From positions 22,489,432 to 22,553,431 of the forward strand of contig NC_092679.1 of the NCBI RefSeq assembly GCF_964355755.1: a stretch of 64,000 nucleotides of DNA, given 5' to 3'. The notes below the pieces were generated by a model. The model ran no database searches. It was not told the origin of the DNA and worked only from the letters and a program-made list of their open reading frames with translations. Shown here piece by piece: positions 11,281 to 24,535 of the stretch. The stretch's first letter is position 1; every line of letters begins with the position of its first letter. The translations under genes were made by a program, and so were the position numbers. Source of the stretch: Antedon mediterranea (taxonomy: Eukaryota > Animalia > Echinodermata).

Positions 11281-12599
11281 ATATCAATTCAATTGAAACT
11301 ATGGAAACAAAACAGAAGTGAAATTGATGACTTTACTAAAATTAAGTAAAACTTAATTAATTAAAACTGATGACTAGTATAGTATACACTTTAGTGGATT
11401 TGGAATTACGATTTTTGGGCATTTATTCATAAGATTGACTTTCTCCCAAGTCTGATTTTTTATTTTTTTTTCAGCAGTCGAAGTTTCTGTACACAGTCTA
11501 GCTCAAGTATTGTACGTATGGAACGCCATATGTGCCAAAATATGTATCTTTTTACTAATAATTATTAATTTGAAACACAGTCTAGAACATAGTGCAGAGT
11601 AGAGCTAAGAGCACCTTCAAAGTTTGTTTTTCCCCATGCACGAATGGGTCCTTAATATACTATAATATTATTTGTCTGTAAGCTAAATATTTAATGGCAT
11701 GACGAGATTACAATTGGTGATTAACAACAGTAAACATTTTTTTGCTATAAGCCTACAGTTCACAGTACAGTACAATAACAATATTATATTTTCACGCAAA
11801 ATTAAACTTAAAATATACTTTATTTTTACAACAAAATTTAAAATGAATGTATAGAATATCCTACAAGTGTGATACAGTAGTACCTTTATGTATTATTATT
11901 TTCTGGGGAAGAAATCAATACACAATACACGTACTATAAAATCACTATAAACTATTACTAAAACTGCAAGTGTTTGAATATTTATAAAACTATAGATTAT
12001 ATTTATAAAAGTTACACTATAAAGTATTACAAAAAAAAGACCAATTTTTGGAATCACAGCTTTGAGGTTTTTGTATTTGGTCACTATTTAGAAATTTTAC
12101 CAAAGACCTGAAATATTTTCATCCATACGTCAAAAATATCACCCCATCTGTTATGTCCTTACAAAACATAAAGTGTCAATATTACAACAAATGTTTCTAT
12201 ATGAAATAAAGTTATAATTTGGTAAATATAAGCATTAACACTAGAGAATCTCAAAATACTATTCTGTCAAAGAATCAAAGAGGTTAAACAATTAACTAGA
12301 GTCCGAACTCCAATGTAATCAAATTCACCCTGGAGAGCGGTCAACAATCGGCCAATCAGATCAGTTTAAAGGCATTTGCACCTTATTCAAGACTGCATTA
12401 CAGCATTTTGAGTCTATCAATTTGAGGAAGTATTCTTATTCGATGCTCTCGTCTAGTTCACTCTCTAGCTAATTATTTAACCTCTTTGGGCCACACCTAC
12501 AGTATATAACACATAGTATCTACAATCAGTTCATATTATACGAGAATTTACATTCCATTTATTATACAACATAAGTAAATACGAAATATAAATAAAATT

Positions 12600-12880
12600 A
12601 GCAGAGCTGCACCAAGTTTTATTTACTGTAAAAAATATCACCTGATTTTGTCACAAAATGCTGAATTGGTCAGTCTGAATGTATACTGTGTCCAGTATCA
12701 TTATGCGAATCCTGTAATACAGTGTCAATAAGATTCACATGTTATACCTGTATCATAGTCCATAAACCTAACCTAACTTTGGTATCATACAGGTACCACA
12801 TATGACACTTTATTACACACCTTGCCTATGATACTGGACATATTTGACATAAGTGCAGATACAGTACAGAGAAACAAAAC
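12600..12880. repeat. Dispersed repeat with AACCTAACCTAAC motif; second copy at about 44560-44750
   Basis: Shared CTGTAATACAG...TATCATAG...AACCTAACTTTG...ACAGG(T/C)ACCACAT. A Helitron/Helentron origin is a guess. Confidence 0.5.
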
Positions 12881-13157
12881 TTGCATTTTAAACATTATCA
12901 AAAAACATACATTATATATTTTTCCAATTTGCACCAACTTTTATTTACATTACATGATCAATGCCTAAAAATATGTTTTTTAATAAAAATAAAGTTTGTT
13001 GTTATTTTATCAAATGTTCAACTAGTTGACAATATAAAATAACACAACATATTTTAGGTCCTTTATCTAATTTGATCTACAGCAAGTTACATTATATTTC
13101 CTCGTTATAAAGCTTGGTCCACTATGAATTAAATGCTCTGATTGGTTCTTTTTCCCA

Positions 13158-16100
13158 TTATGCTCCTGTTTTACTCTTCTGTTCCATGACTTCAATCTGA
13201 GAGACAAGTTCCGCATGTTCTTCCAGGAGTGTCTGGAATTCCATTTGTTTCCTTTTGGATGCTTCCTGGAATCAAAGAATGTTCTCTCCAGTAAAACAAT
13301 ATTTTATGACAGTAAACTAGTTAGTATACAACTAATGAATGGAGTGGAATGGTGAGAATATTTCATGAGGTGAAAACTTGATTCCTCTATTCTCTATATT
13401 AACTCATCACACACATCATCCCTCTTAAAATTAACTTTTATTCAATACACAACTCAAAGCAGTTTCATACATAAAAATATATAATGTATTTATTTTTTTC
13501 CATTTATTGAATCAACTTACTCTGACAGCTTCAGCAATTTGTGAAAATCTCAGCAAAGGGCTTTTCTTTTGTACAACAATACCTGAAAAATAGAAAAAAA
13601 ACATGGACGATAGCTATGACGTGATAAATGACATCAATCAAGTACTGTGACATATCAGAAAGAACTTTAGTTTAAAATTTGAAGGAAAAAAAAAACAAAC
13701 CTTTTGTAAAGTCGTCTTCCTGTAAAGTTAAAGTCTTACTGTAGCCTTGATCATCTTCGACAGAGATGACAATATTTGCTACAGACTTCACACTCTCACA
13801 ACCTTCCTCTTGTTGATCCTCTGCCATCTGCTGGTCTGTCTGTAAATCCATCTGGTCACCAAGTCGGTCTCTTTGGTCATTAATAGGTTTGTCTTGATCG
13901 ATTTTGTCAGAATTAATTTCTTCAGTTAGAGATAACCTGCCCATGTTAAGGTTGTTAGAATTGTTTTGGTTGCCGATGTCAAGAATGTCGGCCTCCACTG
14001 AAGAGTCTGAAGCAGGTGATGTGCGGATGTTCTCATCATGACCTGAATATATTAAATCAGTATTAATGTTTTCAGAAAGCTTGGCAGGTGATGTGCGGAT
14101 GTTCTCATCATGACCTGAATATATTAAATCAGTATATTAATGTTTTCAGAAAGCTTGGCAAATTCTTTTTGCTCTTCTTTCTTTCATTTTTTAACGCCAA
14201 GATTAGTTATATTACTTCTTTCCACTGGGGCCTTGTGAACAGATTGTCCAAAACTATGATAAAATATACTCTGTTAATCCTATATGACTACATTTATTTT
14301 TCATTTTTCTTACCTGGTGTTACGGATGTTATGCCATCATTATTGTAGGATGCTGAACTTTGTGCAAGTTTTGATAAGTTTGTAGAAGAGGATGCTGGTG
14401 TCCCACTCGGTACTCTTAACTCCTATTAAAACAAAGGGAATGTTAGACAGATTCAATGAAATTGTATTTTCATAACATACATCATTGTGTAATAACAAGA
14501 GAGAGTGTTGCACTCATTATGCTTGAGAAACTTAAATAAGCCCAGACTATTTAATCCTTACCCTATAATAATCCCCAGGATCATCCATAATCTTTGCTTG
14601 ATTGGGATTAGTAGGTGGTGTGGTACCTTCAATAACGGGCGGAGGATCTACTGGTGTTCCACGCTTACGATTCGTAGACCGAGTTAGACTCCCTACTCCA
14701 GGCGCTGCTAATATCTTGTCACGGTTTTTCCCGGAACCTTTAAAATCAATAAAATATTTAAACATGATTGTAATTGTATGGATGTAATGTGAATATATCT
14801 AGTAGTTAAAAGGAGACTTTTTTTGTGACAACCATATTCAGTGAACCAACAAAGGCCAAGATATGTGTTAACATTACAGCCAACTCCTATTCAGGCAACT
14901 TCCCTAAAGGAGACACTTTCTTGGGTCCTGAAGGTGTCCCCTTAATAGAGGTTCTACTGTATCTAAACATGTATAAACGCCCATGTGAATATATCTAATA
15001 CAGTTAGAAATTCTCCTTTGGAACAACCCTATTTCAAAGGACAACTCTATAAGGATGCGAGACCAACAAGGACCAAGATATGTACAGCCATAAGGCTTTC
15101 TTGGGTCCTGAAGGTGTCCCCTTAATAGAGGTTCTACTGTATCTAAACATGTATAAACGCTCATGTGAATATATTTAATACAGTTAGAAATTCTCCTTTG
15201 GAACAACCCTATTTCAGAGGACAACTCTATAAGGATGCGAGACCAACAAGGACCAAGATATGTACAGCCATAAGGCTTTGTTGGGTGCTGAAGGTGTCCC
15301 CTTAACAGAGGTTCTACTGTATCTAAACATGTATAAACGCTCATGTGAATATATTTAATACAGTTAGAAATTCTCCTTTGGAACAACCCTATTTCAGAGG
15401 ACAACTCTATAAGGATGCGAGACCAACAAGGACCAAGATATGTACAGCCATAAGGCTTTGTTGGGTGCTGAAGGTGTCCCCTTAACAGAGGTTCTACTGT
15501 ATCTAAACATGTATAAACGCTCATGTGAATATATCTAATACAGTTAGAAATTCTCCTTTGGAACAACCCTATTTCAGAGGACAACTCTATAAGGATGCGA
15601 GACCAACAAGGACCAAGATATGTACAGCCATAAGGCTTTGTTGGGTCCTGAAGGTGTCCCCTTAACAGAGGTTTTACAGTATATAAACATTGATAAATGT
15701 AAATACTATTCTAGTACTTTATTCTCTACATAATACCATTCTTCTGTCAAGTTTATGAGCTTTATTACAAAATTGAGTTCATGTATCCATCCAGAAACAT
15801 TTAAGATATTTAAATACTAAGGACCAACTGTAGTGTAGTACTTTAAAAAGCTGGCTAAAATCCCAAACCCATTCCATATAAAGCCAGAATAGGTTCATTA
15901 ATATTAATAAGCTAGGCTGGAATTCCAGAGGCACAGTTTGATAAAGAATTCTAGGGCTAAGTACCTGCCTCGGAGGCTTTATCTACTATAATTGTGTAAA
16001 CTTCTTTGAAAGTGCTTAGCCTTGGCTTTGTGTCTTTAATCTATCATCCCGCTGCTCATGGTTTTTAATGTTATGAGTATTTCATCTGGATTCTCTACCA

Positions 16101-19100
16101 TTTACTGCCATGCATATTAATACAGTAATTAGGTACAGTAAAGTCCCTCCTCTGAGAACATTTTTTGTAAACCTATTGACAAAGAAAGTGTGATGTTCCC
16201 AAAAATAGTAGTGCCATGCTTAAATACGGTGGTGATATGACATCATCATGCCCATATATAGGCACATCACATTTAGTTGTCACGTAAAATTTGATAGTAT
16301 AGCAGAGCTAACAAAACAAGGGGAAATATATATCTTTAATTAATAGTGGCAATGTACTATAAATTACTTTATAAATTATCATAACGTTTATTTCACAACA
16401 CAAAAACTTGACCACTTTTGTTGCATTAGAATGAAAAAACTATTTACAAATAAAGTACAAACAATTAAATCAATATTAATAGTAATACTAGTGAAAAGAA
16501 AGAAAGGAAAAGGAGTATTTATTCAAAATAATAATATAATTCTTTGTGAATTGTGAATATTTTAGAAAGACGTGCTATCATTTTATTTTTAGACTGGAAG
16601 AAGATAGTAAAAACAAACTTGTTATAAATAATTGACATCACTTAAACTGTGAGGCTCTTCCTAGGGTTTAATTAATTTAAATATTTCTTGTGTTTTTATG
16701 GCTTTTATATTACTGAAATCAATTTAATATTTTTATCAATTATTAATATACACCAAATTTGATCTTTAATGGTTGAATATTTTAATCATGCCAATTGACA
16801 TATTCCATCTGAAAAATATTGTGCTCAACAAAAAATGTAAATTAATTTTGTTCACTCTTACAGACTTGGAGGTAAAGTGAATTAGTTTTATGTTGTTTGT
16901 ATGACATTTGTTTTTCCGACTTTGACATAATTCTGACAATTGTTTATTTCATTTCTACTTAATTTAATTGGTTCCTGGTTTGTTTAATTAATTAATTTTG
17001 ATTGTTTATTTGACTGTCCAACCATACAAATATTATAGTGAATATCTCTATCGTGCAACTCAACACATCATATCATAGAAATTACAAAGATTTTACAGTC
17101 AAACACAACACTCCTTTGGGACACCTCTATTCAAGGGACAATCCTTTAATTAAGGGGACAATTTTCTGTGAAATGAACGAAGGGCAATATATGTTTTAAA
17201 AGGCCAACACTTAATCAGGGAACATAAAGGGGTTCTACTACATAATTGCTTGCCTAACCTTTTTTCAGAGTTTATAATCAATTAATACTAATAGCTATGT
17301 TTAAAAAAAATACATATTTAGGTCTTACCTTGCACACGTTGCAGCCTTACTCTACTTCCAGATTCTTCTGCGGTCTTCGGCAAATTCTTACTACTGTAAT
17401 AGTAAGGTGCGGGTACTGCAGGCCGACAAGCAGTGGACGGTAAAGTTTGAGGGCGGGCTTGTGGGTCACTATACTGGACAACAGGATGAGGGTTCTGGGG
17501 ATTTCGAAAGCTTCTAAAAAAGTTAAAAGTTCACTTTAAAAAAATAAACTTACGACTTTCTTGCCATTTACACAATTAGATTGGAAAACAGATTCGATAA
17601 TTATATGGGTGGGAAAATATTAAATGGCACTTTAAATACCCAGATGTTTTTTTGTGGGTGGGTGATTTAATAACATTTACATTTAGTTTGAAAAGGGTGC
17701 AACAAAAGTGAGTGGGGTGGGGGAGATAAAGTGCCTGCGGCATCTACCCCCATCCAGCACAATTACATAATAAATTTAAATTCTAAGAAATAAAATAAGA
17801 ATTTATATTACCTTATAGTCAGTGGTGTATTAACTCCTTTTGTCTTGGTGGGTACTCCAGCTGCTGCCTTGCGATGGGGTAGCAAGCTCTGAATAGCTGG
17901 CATATTACCTTGCTATAACACAGATGAGAAGATTGTATAATGATTCAAGGCTTACTACACATTAGGTTGATTAACAGACAGCTAACTGGTATGTGTCTGT
18001 CTGCTGTTGATGTTATTCACATGATGACCTTGAATGACCTTTGAGTGGTATACTTAGAACTTTATGGATGCGTAAAATGTCAGTCATTCGATAAGCTCTG
18101 CTTGCTTGAATTACAGTGATAACATTTTTAGGTAAATTTAATTACCAATTAAGTTTTAACGTCCCTGTTAAAATCCTTACTTAAAATATACATTAGTTTT
18201 GTCAGTAGAAATCAGATCATACAAAAATGCAGTTTTTCTATTAAAAGTTCTCATACATTATAGTAGATATGATTATGAAACACACATTTCTCCGAACAAT
18301 GGAAAACTTTGGGTTTGCAAACAAACTTTTGCTAAGTAGACTAGGTTAATACTACAGTGCTTTTTTTTATTGAAGAAGCTCAATCAATTTAATCAATCAA
18401 TTACCTTGCATATTTTTCTGTAACAATCTTCTAGGCCCGAAAGACCATCTTCAGCCCGAATTTCGTCTGCCATGGAGGATGTTAAACTCCCTTCATACTC
18501 ACTGCGGTTCCATCCATGAGGCGAGCCTAGACTTTCAAGATGGGTATAACCACTATTTGCTACTGCTACATAATTCCGTCCCGTTTTCCTGAGAAAAGAA
18601 TGGAATTTGTTAGCGTTGGTCTAAAATCTAAATATTGTACAATCTTTACAATTAATGGAATGCATCGGTGGCTTACTTCAGACTCTTTTGTTCTTTCAGA
18701 ATCATAATTATTTTTTATGTACATTTCTTGTCATTATTATTCGTGGAATCTTGTAAGACCCATAAAAGGGTCTTTTCACACCTGTTTCGGTCCAGTTCCA
18801 ACCAATAAAATCTAACATCAGTGTTTCGTTTTCACAACACTCAACGCCGGCTATGCACCAATCAATATGCGTGTAGCCGTGGGAAAATTAAACATTGACA
18901 TTCAATTATATTTTCTGGAGCTTAACCGGAGGCGGACCGGAGAAAGACTGATAAATTGTAAGCCTATCATGGCATTTTTGTCAAGTGCTTATAAGCCTTA
19001 TTCAGAGAGAAAGGCATTTCAGCAGAGCTAAGTCTATACAAAAGTAAACATGCCTCAGATACTGTATGCCAGACAAAAATGTCCAGCAATAAAATGTTAT

Positions 19101-22100
19101 CCCTCGAAAGTCAAATGTTCAACTGGCCGTGAACTTTCCTTCAAATAACCAGTAATGAAATAAATCTGCTCATTTTCACCGACCTATTTTTAAAAGCCAG
19201 TCAAGTTTAAGCAACAAAGCATGTTATACATAGAGGTCAATTTACACAGAGGTAACAGTAAGCGGTAAACGGTGGAAAAATAGAATCTATGTTTAATTTC
19301 TTATCACCAATTATGTGATGTACAGTATGCATGGTGAAAGATATCATGGTGATATAGATATTATTCTAGGCTGTACTGTAAACCTTACAATTCCTGTATA
19401 ACTTTTGTGTACACAACAAAGTAAACAAATTATGATAAATATGCTTTTTTTGTGTTTGCTGCAGCCCTTAATAATTGCTTGAAGCTGAACGATATTAAAA
19501 CGCAAAACTAACTTTGGTAAGCTGCCAAGTTCTGATGGTGATTTTGACCCCTTTGATCCAGGTGAACTTATCCTGTCATCTGCTTTCCATGGCGTCACAG
19601 TTCGAGGTTTAGCTTTCTGGAAAAATATTTAAAAAAATTTAAATTACAGTAGAAAGAAGTTAACCCTTACTTTGGGACACCCCTGTTCAATTCAGGGGAC
19701 ACCCCTTTTAACAGTGACACATTCCTGTGAAACGAGGAAGGGTAAATTTATGTTTTCACACTACACATATTCAGGAAATACATTTGTCTTATTTGAAGGA
19801 CACTTTTTTGGATCCTGAAAAGTGTACTATTAGTAGAAGTTCTACTGTTATATTTTATGATAAAATCTTAAATAGCATTAATAAAAAAAGAAAATACCTT
19901 TATTGGCATTGGATTGAACCCTCTGTGCTCATCGCGGCTTCTCAGCGATTCTACTCGCTGCTGTTGTTTCGGTCGGATGTTTGGCAGACGCAGAATCATC
20001 GGTTGTGTGTACGGCAGCAGGATCGGCGGGTTTGATGGCACGTTGTAGAGGTAAAGAAGAGGATGAGATACAAAATCGGGATCGTTAGCAGGAATCTGTA
20101 TTGGGATCGACTACAAAAAGACGACACAACACACAAAACATAGATTAGGATGTTAATGACGTGATTAATGAAGCTATTCAAGCAGGCTTTAGTAGTAGTG
20201 CTAATTAGTGAAATGGACAACATTTTTGTTAGTGTTAGAAAAATAAACATGATATCCTCGAATCAAACTTGATACACTGTATTATATAATGGTGTGATTA
20301 TGTTACGATGACGCAATAATGAAGCCATTCAAGGAAGCTTTTTATTTAGCGTTAATTAGTACAGCAAAAAGTCAACTAAAGTGTTAGAAAAATCATCTGA
20401 TATGCATTATAAAATCAAATTAAAAATATTATATAAATATATATAAATCTGATTTGTTCAGAATTATTTTTTATGAAATTTATGAAATTCTGACTATACT
20501 GTAGCAGCCCGTGTAGCAGACAAAAAAAAAAATGTTGTTAGTGGTAATAACATTATTTTGATGAATACAGCAATTTAAAGTGAAAACTATGTGATATTAC
20601 AATGTTAATCAGTGTTATTGTATAAAAATATTATGTACCTACCTACCTACCTAGTATACAGTAGATACTGTACAGTGTACTGCCATACCATTGAAAATAA
20701 CTAATGGGACACTACAAATTATTTACTTTTCTCATTGCTTTAATAATACTTAATAGAAATCCAATTTATATTTCAATAATTGTTGTGCTTATAACAAAGC
20801 TTCGACACAAATAATTAATCATTTACGGTACTGTATTACAGTATTTTAATTGATTTCAGAGTTTAATTAATCTCGTAAAGATTGTCCAGTCTCTCTAAGT
20901 GGCATGATCTTAACTCATTTGGTCAACTATACTCACACGCAGAGTAAACAAGTACTATAATAAATTGCCCGTTAGCCCCAGAATCAAACAAACAAGGCCT
21001 AGTGAAAACCATAAACCACTGCTACAAAAATTTATAAGAAGTGAAGTAAAGTAGATAATTTGACAAATAATTAATTGTATAGTGCTACACTCTGTACATG
21101 AGTGAAATTCGGGGGGGGGGGGGGGGGTATTAATAATTTATAGAGTACACTTAATTTTGTATACAGTACGTTCTTTATTATCTCATCCATAAATTGCAAA
21201 GTGCAAGTGATTCTGAGAAGAAGATGTTAAGATTTTCGAATGAACAAAGCGTGATAAATGGTGACGTGATGTTAAAAATAAAATATTATATTAATCAAGA
21301 AGTTTGAATTATTAATATGAGTTAAGGGCCAGCTAACAAGCATTTATGGTTTATATAACATTGAAACAACGAAGACAAAAAACATGACATTGGACATACT
21401 GTACAACAACATAGAACTTAATTAAATAAAAAAAACAAACATATATGGGATGTTTCCATACGTGTTTGATCGATAAAATGGTAATACTGTATAAATGTAC
21501 AACGCATTGAGAGCTTGTTTATACACGCTATATAAGAATGAACTTTTATTATTATATATTCATAGCCAAAGGCTAAATAGCAACCTATGAAATCGAAGAT
21601 TAAACCAATGAATCGTTTCCATACAATATGAATACACGAATAAGTTTCTAGTTTGAAGCTTCGTCAATAATAATGTGAACATTACCAAAAATGCAATGTG
21701 ATCCGGCGGTCAATCAAATAACTGTTACTTTGCACTGCAACTAAAAGTTGCACAGTCAGTAAATTTATCGGATAAATGCCGTTCTACCGTTAACTGTTAT
21801 TTTCAGGTTGCCATTTAATTTAACTGGTTATCAAAAATTTTTCCAATTTCTGTTTCCAACAAATTGGTGTTAATTTATCCACACAGTTATTAACTGGTTA
21901 TTTTTTCGCAGTAGAAACAGGACCAATACATTATCTATTTCTGGTAAGTTGGTTATTATAACAAGGATGACAAGTACCATAATAAATTACACCTGCTCTT
22001 AATGGCTATATTTATACACATTTGCCACTTCAACATGACAAATGTTTCTAGTGTTATCATAGCCTGCTTTCATACACTAAATATTTATGTTCGCAAATCT

Positions 22101-24535
22101 TGTTAAAGCAAAGCAAACTGTGTTACTGCGATTCATGATTTGCATATTCACTTTTCAAATTATTTACCACGCTATAGAAGGATATTGCTGTTGAAACATT
22201 GCGGGTTTGGACGTTTGCTAAATGTTAACAATGCTACAAAGATTCACGGTTTAAAAGCTTAATTCTTGCTTCTATAGAACTTACAGAATCCACCTAGTGT
22301 AATATTGCTATGCATTGTTGTTTGAATAACAGTGTAACACTTTTATTTGATGAGATGAAAACAGCCGATCAATAATTAAATATTACTACTACAAGTACAA
22401 TTTTTTTTTTTTAAACCTTTATAGAAAGTAATCATCATTTAAATGGTACAGTAAGTACAGTACTTACATATCTTCTTCTTTCTACAGGCGTTTTCTGTCG
22501 AGAGGTCATCCCTCTCCCTCTTGCCAGCGGTGGTATGGTGCTCTTCTTTGATTGGCTATTAGTAGTATCCTAAAACAACAACAAAAGTGACAAGAATAAA
22601 ACATCAGAATACTGTACTATTGAGTGTTATTAATAAAAGAATGAAAAAAAAAGAGAAAAAAGATAAAAACAATATCTGCTCTAGTCCAATGTGTAAATTA
22701 CAGCCTGCCGGTCATGTGTAGGTTTACTTTTACCGAACACTGTCTGCCAAGTAGAACTTACCTTAGTCTTCTTGGTAAAACAAACTATGTTGGCTAAAAA
22801 GTACAATCCGAACATGTGACTCAGATAAACCTTCAGCATTCGAGTCCATAATAGTTTTTAATGTCACAGTTACATTTTGGTAAAACCATGGTGAAACTGC
22901 GTGAAATTATCCAAGCGCAAAGAATGGTCAAATTTACCGATCAATGACCTTATAGGTAAAGTCACCTTGGTTAAATTTACCATTTCTAAAGTCCAAAGCG
23001 AAAACAATTTCACAGAAAGTTTTAATAAGGTAATATAATAATAATAATGCACAAATTGCAACTGGATAACTTAAAGTCTGAATTGACACCCAACAAAAAA
23101 GTAAATTTAACCTTTTCAATCAAAAAGAGATTTTATAGAAAACAACAAGACATGAACCAGGCCATTGATGTTTGCAGACAAGTCACTTAACCATAAATAC
23201 CACATCACTTTATTGCACTATTTTAAATTCAACATCATCATTAGTGCGTGCTTGAGAGATAACTTGCATTCCTCTCTTGGTGGTCTTCAATATTATATAT
23301 TTAATTCAATTCACAAAGATATGCAACTGTAGATCACTGATGCAACTTTCCGTCGCCACAAACTAAGATGGCAGTTTAGATTGCCGACAATTCTAAAATG
23401 CCAATTTGTTTAAACAAAAAAAATTGTTTCCACCAGGCATCCATTCTCATAAAAAAGTACTTAGATCTAACATTCATACAGTATCTTTTAATTACTTCTT
23501 TCAAGAACTATATATTACTATACTCTATGAAAACCAGAAACTCTCCTAAAACCAGACTTTTCTTAGTTCCAAAAGTTTTGAATATTCAAATTTCCAGAAA
23601 ACCAGATATATTATATCAGGCCAAAGGTGTCCGGTATTGGGAAAGTTGATTGTACAACAAAATAGGTTTCTACTGAATAATTTAGTAATAACAAGTTTAG
23701 TTGTTTTTTTGTTTTTTTTTATTATGAAGTTTTGTTCTTTTTTTCAATTTCAAAGTTCATTGCAATAAACAATGTGTATGATTATGCAAAAAAAGCGTAA
23801 CACTAACAGGTTAAAAAGCAAACAAAATATTTAGTAACCTGTACTGCAGTAACTGTACTACAGAAACTGCAGTAGAATAATTTTGGCATAGTCTCTAATG
23901 TCATTAACATTTCTGAATTATCTGGCTTCCTATTTTGATTAAAAACATTCCTGATAGAAATTAATGATATGCCACCTGGTGAAGACCAACTTAATAGTAA
24001 TGACCTTACACATGAGCTGATGGGTCACTCATTCAGGTGGACAATAGCCGATAATGATGGCAAAATGTTTTGGATAATTAGAAAAGTTTTACAGACTACA
24101 ACCAAGATTATTATTGCGAATAATGAAAATGCTTTTGTTTTTTTAAAAATCCTGTATTACTTTTGTTAATGTAATTTTTTATGTTTTGTTCAAAATTTAG
24201 TTTAAGTTTCCTTATAAATAAAAGCCTATTGTTAAATCATTTTTTGTAAAACTTTTATTTACTTACTCTGGACGCACTTTCATTTAAGAAGTGTGCCACT
24301 ATTTCAAAAGTGTAGCTTCCAAATAAATTATTATTATTATACTTTACAATCTGGCAGTTTTCGATCGTGTTGTGGTTTAAATAAATATTAAAAAATATAA
24401 TAAATAAAAGTTACATTCGAAGCAGTGGATACTGCTGCATCAAAATTATGATAACATAATAATATCTCTACTTTGCACCATGCAGACAATAAATTAAATT
24501 TTAAATATTAAAATGTAAAACTATATTCTTACCAT
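13158..24535 (-). CDS. Uncharacterised protein of about 562 aa (Pro/Ser/basic low complexity, acidic stretch, C-terminal predicted coiled coil)
   Basis: Exons 24535-24533 (ATG), 22569-22468, 20110-19898, 19616-19513, 18588-18405, 17912-17812, 17513-17329, 14737-14562, 14422-14314, 14042-13701, 13582-13521 and 13265-13158. All introns are GT-AG and phases are consistent, giving a stop-free 1689-nt frame that ends ...EASKRKQMEFQTLLEEHAELVSQIEVMEQKSKTGA*. Confidence 0.75.
14919..15688. repeat. 180-bp tandem repeat (about 4.3 copies) built from a family-B MITE plus flank
   Basis: Near-identical 180-bp period. Each unit contains GTGTCCCCTTAA(T/C)AGAGGTTCTACTGTA and TACAGTTAGAAATTCTCC, the two ends of MITE family B. 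Confidence 0.9.
16170..16310. mobile_element. Degraded family-A MITE
   Basis: GACAAAGAAAGTGTGATGT...GGCACATCAC...TTTGATAGTATAGCAGAGCT. Confidence 0.65.
19647..19847. mobile_element. Tc1/mariner-type MITE, family B (related copies at about 17096-17242, 39935-40113 and 51040-51165; fragments at about 35330, 48680 and 50670)
   Basis: TA|CAGTAGAA...TTCTACTG termini, with internal GGGACAC/GTGTCCC motifs shared among copies. Confidence 0.6.

Noticed and set aside
14904-15584. 226-aa ORF with 60-aa repeats
   Set aside because: It is a by-product of the 180-bp (multiple of 3) MITE-derived tandem repeat inside an intron.
21495-21556. L2/SINE-like 3' tail (TGTACAACGCATTGAG...CGCTATATAAG...ATTATT); similar at about 2478 and 59770
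   Set aside because: These are only short tail-like remnants with no body sequence to confirm them.
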